This document shows, piece by piece, positions 61,415 to 64,000 of a DNA stretch of 64,000 nucleotides (its first letter is position 1; every line of letters begins with the position of its first letter). The notes under the pieces were generated by a model that saw nothing but the letters and a program-made list of their open reading frames with translations, did no database searches and was not told where the DNA came from. Origin of the DNA: Heteronotia binoei (Eukaryota). Location of the stretch: NCBI RefSeq assembly GCF_032191835.1, contig NC_083223.1:90706001-90770000 (forward strand). Reading direction: 5' to 3'. Position numbers and translations under genes: made by a program.

Positions 61415-62024
61415 CAGGGGTGTCAAACATGAAGCCGAATCAGGCCCACAGAGGGCTGCTATCAGGCCCCTGAACAACTGGCTGTTTCCTTCTCCCTCTC
61501 TCTTGCTTCCTTCTGCATAACAGCTTGTAATGCCAGGCTTGCTCAACAGCACAGGAGCTACAGAGCAAAACCTCTATTTTCTCCATTGGCTGAGTCTCCT
61601 CCCTTGAGGAGGGGGGGGGAGAGCTTGTTTTCCAGGCTCTCTCAATTGCACAGCAGAGCTACTGAGCCAAGCCTCTCTTCCTTCTATTGGCTGAGGCTCC
61701 TCCCCCTGGGGAAGGAAGGAAAGAGTCAGAGCTTCCTTCCCCTGGTCCCCTGCGGAAGGAAGAAAAGAGCCAGAGCTTCCTTTGCCCAGTTCCCTGGATC
61801 ACAAAGGAGAAATACAAAGAAAGCACCTTTAAGACCAATGAGTGCTAACATTTTAAGTGTTTTTTTTAAAAAAATCTTTAATTGTGTTTGCTTGTGTTCT
61901 TTATAAAGTTTACATCTCTGCTACCTAATCTTAAATAGGTACACACAGCCTGCCATGGGCCAGCCCAACAACATCTCATTTACGTCAGATATGGCCCTCA
62001 TAACAAATGAGTTAGACACCCTTG
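61415..62024. mobile_element. Non-autonomous hAT-type element with CAGGGGTGTCAAAC termini
   Basis: Ends caggggtgtcaaac / gagttagacacccttg. TSD imperfect (ttctatag versus roughly atctagag). Confidence 0.75.
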
Positions 62025-62366
62025 TATCTAGAGATTGTTCTTTCATACACTTAGCAGATGATTCAGGTTTCTAACACCAGTGCTCTCTAACTCATAGCTC
62101 AGATGTGGTTTGTAATCTCACGCCTCATTTTCAGTGATTCAACATGAACTCAACAGATTAAATCTGTCTGTATATTAAAACATTTTTATTTTAAAGTCCA
62201 AAGTGTCTTTAATCATTTAAAGCATTTTGTCTTTCCACCTCAAGGCAGTGAACTAAAAAGACATTGAAAATCAACTTTGAGATGTATGCATTGTTTTTAA
62301 ACAGCATAAAGCAAACAAGAAAGAGGGTCAGTAAGGGATTGCCGGAACACCTGCTAGCAGAAAATA

Positions 62367-62878
62367 AGAACTGTAGAGTTGGAAAGGACCTCCAGGGTCA
62401 TCTAGTCCAACCCCCTGCACAATGCAGAAAACTCACAAATATCTCCCTCTACAAACCCAGTGACACTTGCTCCACACCCAGAAGATTGGGGGGGGGGGCA
62501 AGAGAGAAACCCTCCAGGATCCTGGCAAAACTGGCCTGGAGAAAAATTGCTTCCTGACTACAAAGTGGCAAACAGCATTTCAAACAGTATAACAAAGGGC
62601 CACAAGAACTTAGCACTGATGCAACTCTTCCTGCCCTCCTCCTCATGGTCTGCCTAAATTCACAGAATCAGCATTGCTGTCAGATGCCCATCTAGCCTCT
62701 GTTTTAAAACCTCCAAAGAAGGAGAGCCCACTAACTCTCAAGGAAGCCTGTTCCACTGAAGAACTGCTCTGTCAAGTTCTTCCTAATGTTTAGCCAAAAC
62801 CTCTTTTGATTTAATTTCAATCCACTGGATATGGTCCAACCTTCTGGGGCAACAGAAACAACTCCAAACTATCCTCTT
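62367..62878 (-). mobile_element. CR1 3' end fragment, same subfamily as 29355-30947
   Basis: gggtcatctagtccaaccccctgcacaatgcag and catctagcctctgttttaaaacctccaa...aggaagcctgttccactga match the 29.4-29.6 kb copy. Confidence 0.85.
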
Positions 62879-62880
62879 CT

Positions 62881-64000
62881 CAGGGGTGTCAAACTCATTT
62901 GTTATGAGAACCAGATCTGACATAAATGAAACCTTGTCCGGCCAGGTCATGCGTCATAAAATGTAATACCAGGTAGTGGAGATATGAACTTTATAAAGGA
63001 CATAAACACAATTAAAGAATTTTTCAAAAAAACTTTAAAAGATGCTTAAAAGATTATCACTCCTGCAGTATTTTATTTAACAGTTTCTGTTAACTGAAAC
63101 CTCTTGCTCTGAATTATTGCATCAAAATCTGGAGACAATGTCTGTGCTGTAGGAATCTTGCATATGCTGTTCAGGTGTAGTTCAGGTAAGTGTCTGTAAG
63201 TTGCAAACCTACTTTCGATTACAGAAATCTCATGGTCAATGCTTTGAGCCTAAGACCTAGGGCAGGGGTGTCAAACACCCACCCGCAGGCCACATCCGAC
63301 CTGCCCAAGGCTTTGATCAGGCCTGCAGGGATCTTTTCTCTCCCCTCCTCCCCCTCCTGTCCTTACCCTTTGAAGCTCCCAGGCTCTTACAGCTCCCAGA
63401 CTCTTTGAAGCTCCCAGGCTGAGACTCTTTCAGTTTTGAAGCACCCTTTGAAGCTTGCAGGCTGAGTCCCAGGCTCTTCCTGCCTTTCTTTGCTGGGTAT
63501 TGCAACGAAAATATGGGGTGGATTTTAAGATCCAGTCCACATTTTCCTTGCAGCTTTGTCTGTACTCTGCAATGGTTTCAAATGGAGTAGAGATGGTTAC
63601 ATTTTCAGCTTTCCTGTAGCTAGCTGAAACTTATGCTTCCTGGAGTTGTCTTTGCAAAAAAGGATTGCTTTCAACCAGCTTATCTCTCCTGAATGGACCT
63701 AACCTAGTGAGTACTCTAATGTGGGAACCGACAGCCAAAGGGGGATATTATACTGGAAAAACTTTGCCAATCTGAGTAGACTGGTGGGGAGAAGTTTACA
63801 ATGCCATTTCATTGTTTCCACAGAGTCAGAGCCTTGTGCTTTTTCTTGATGTTTTTATTTTAAAAACTGCATTGCCAAATTCCACTAGTTCCCCACCTTT
63901 CCACCTTAAACCATTGGACGAGTTTTAAGCATGTTTGTATTTTAAGTTTTTTAAAATATCTTTAATTGGGTCTGTATGTGTCCATTATAAAGTTTATATC
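62881..64000. mobile_element. CAGGGGTGTCAAAC-family hAT-type element(s), nested, running off the window
   Basis: Terminus caggggtgtcaaactcatttgttatgag at 62881 (inverse of the 62024 end), a second terminus at about 63263, and internal gaagctcccaggct repeats at 63370-63480. Confidence 0.65.

Noticed and set aside
58935-64000. Next upstream FBXL4 exon (expected RFLKVCG...LVLYRTKVE)
   Set aside because: Not found by eye. A gcag|GTTTCTTAA look-alike near 60680 hits a stop at once and lies inside a MITE. The exon probably lies beyond the window.

Overview
Vertebrate (squamate, most likely gecko, judged from the SINE, MITE and CR1 repertoire) genomic window. It holds the complete intronless POU3F2/Brn-2 gene (+, CDS 99-1409), a CpG-rich and repeat-poor downstream domain to about 15 kb, a repeat-rich AT-rich intergenic stretch, and the last three coding exons of the convergent FBXL4 gene (-). 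The main accessory feature is a full-length, young but partly decayed DIRS1-type tyrosine-recombinase retrotransposon (52113-58076, -), lying in sense orientation inside an FBXL4 intron with intact inverted terminal repeats and an internal complementary region. At its gag/pol boundary there is a textbook branch point, polypyrimidine tract and AG. This acceptor (i) joins in frame to a GT donor in codon 10 of gag, which would give the ATG-less RT ORF a start codon, and (ii) joins the upstream FBXL4 exon in frame to a 960-codon open frame ending in the recombinase. Both splice events are predictions from sequence only. Other content: CR1, L2 and RTE LINE fragments, tRNA- and 5S-derived SINEs, hAT-type MITEs with 8-bp TSDs, a Penelope-type palindrome with decayed hammerhead cores, an unexplained 111-bp direct repeat and two assembly gaps. 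No real tRNA or rRNA genes and no CRISPR array. Repeat family names are from memory of consensus features, not database searches.
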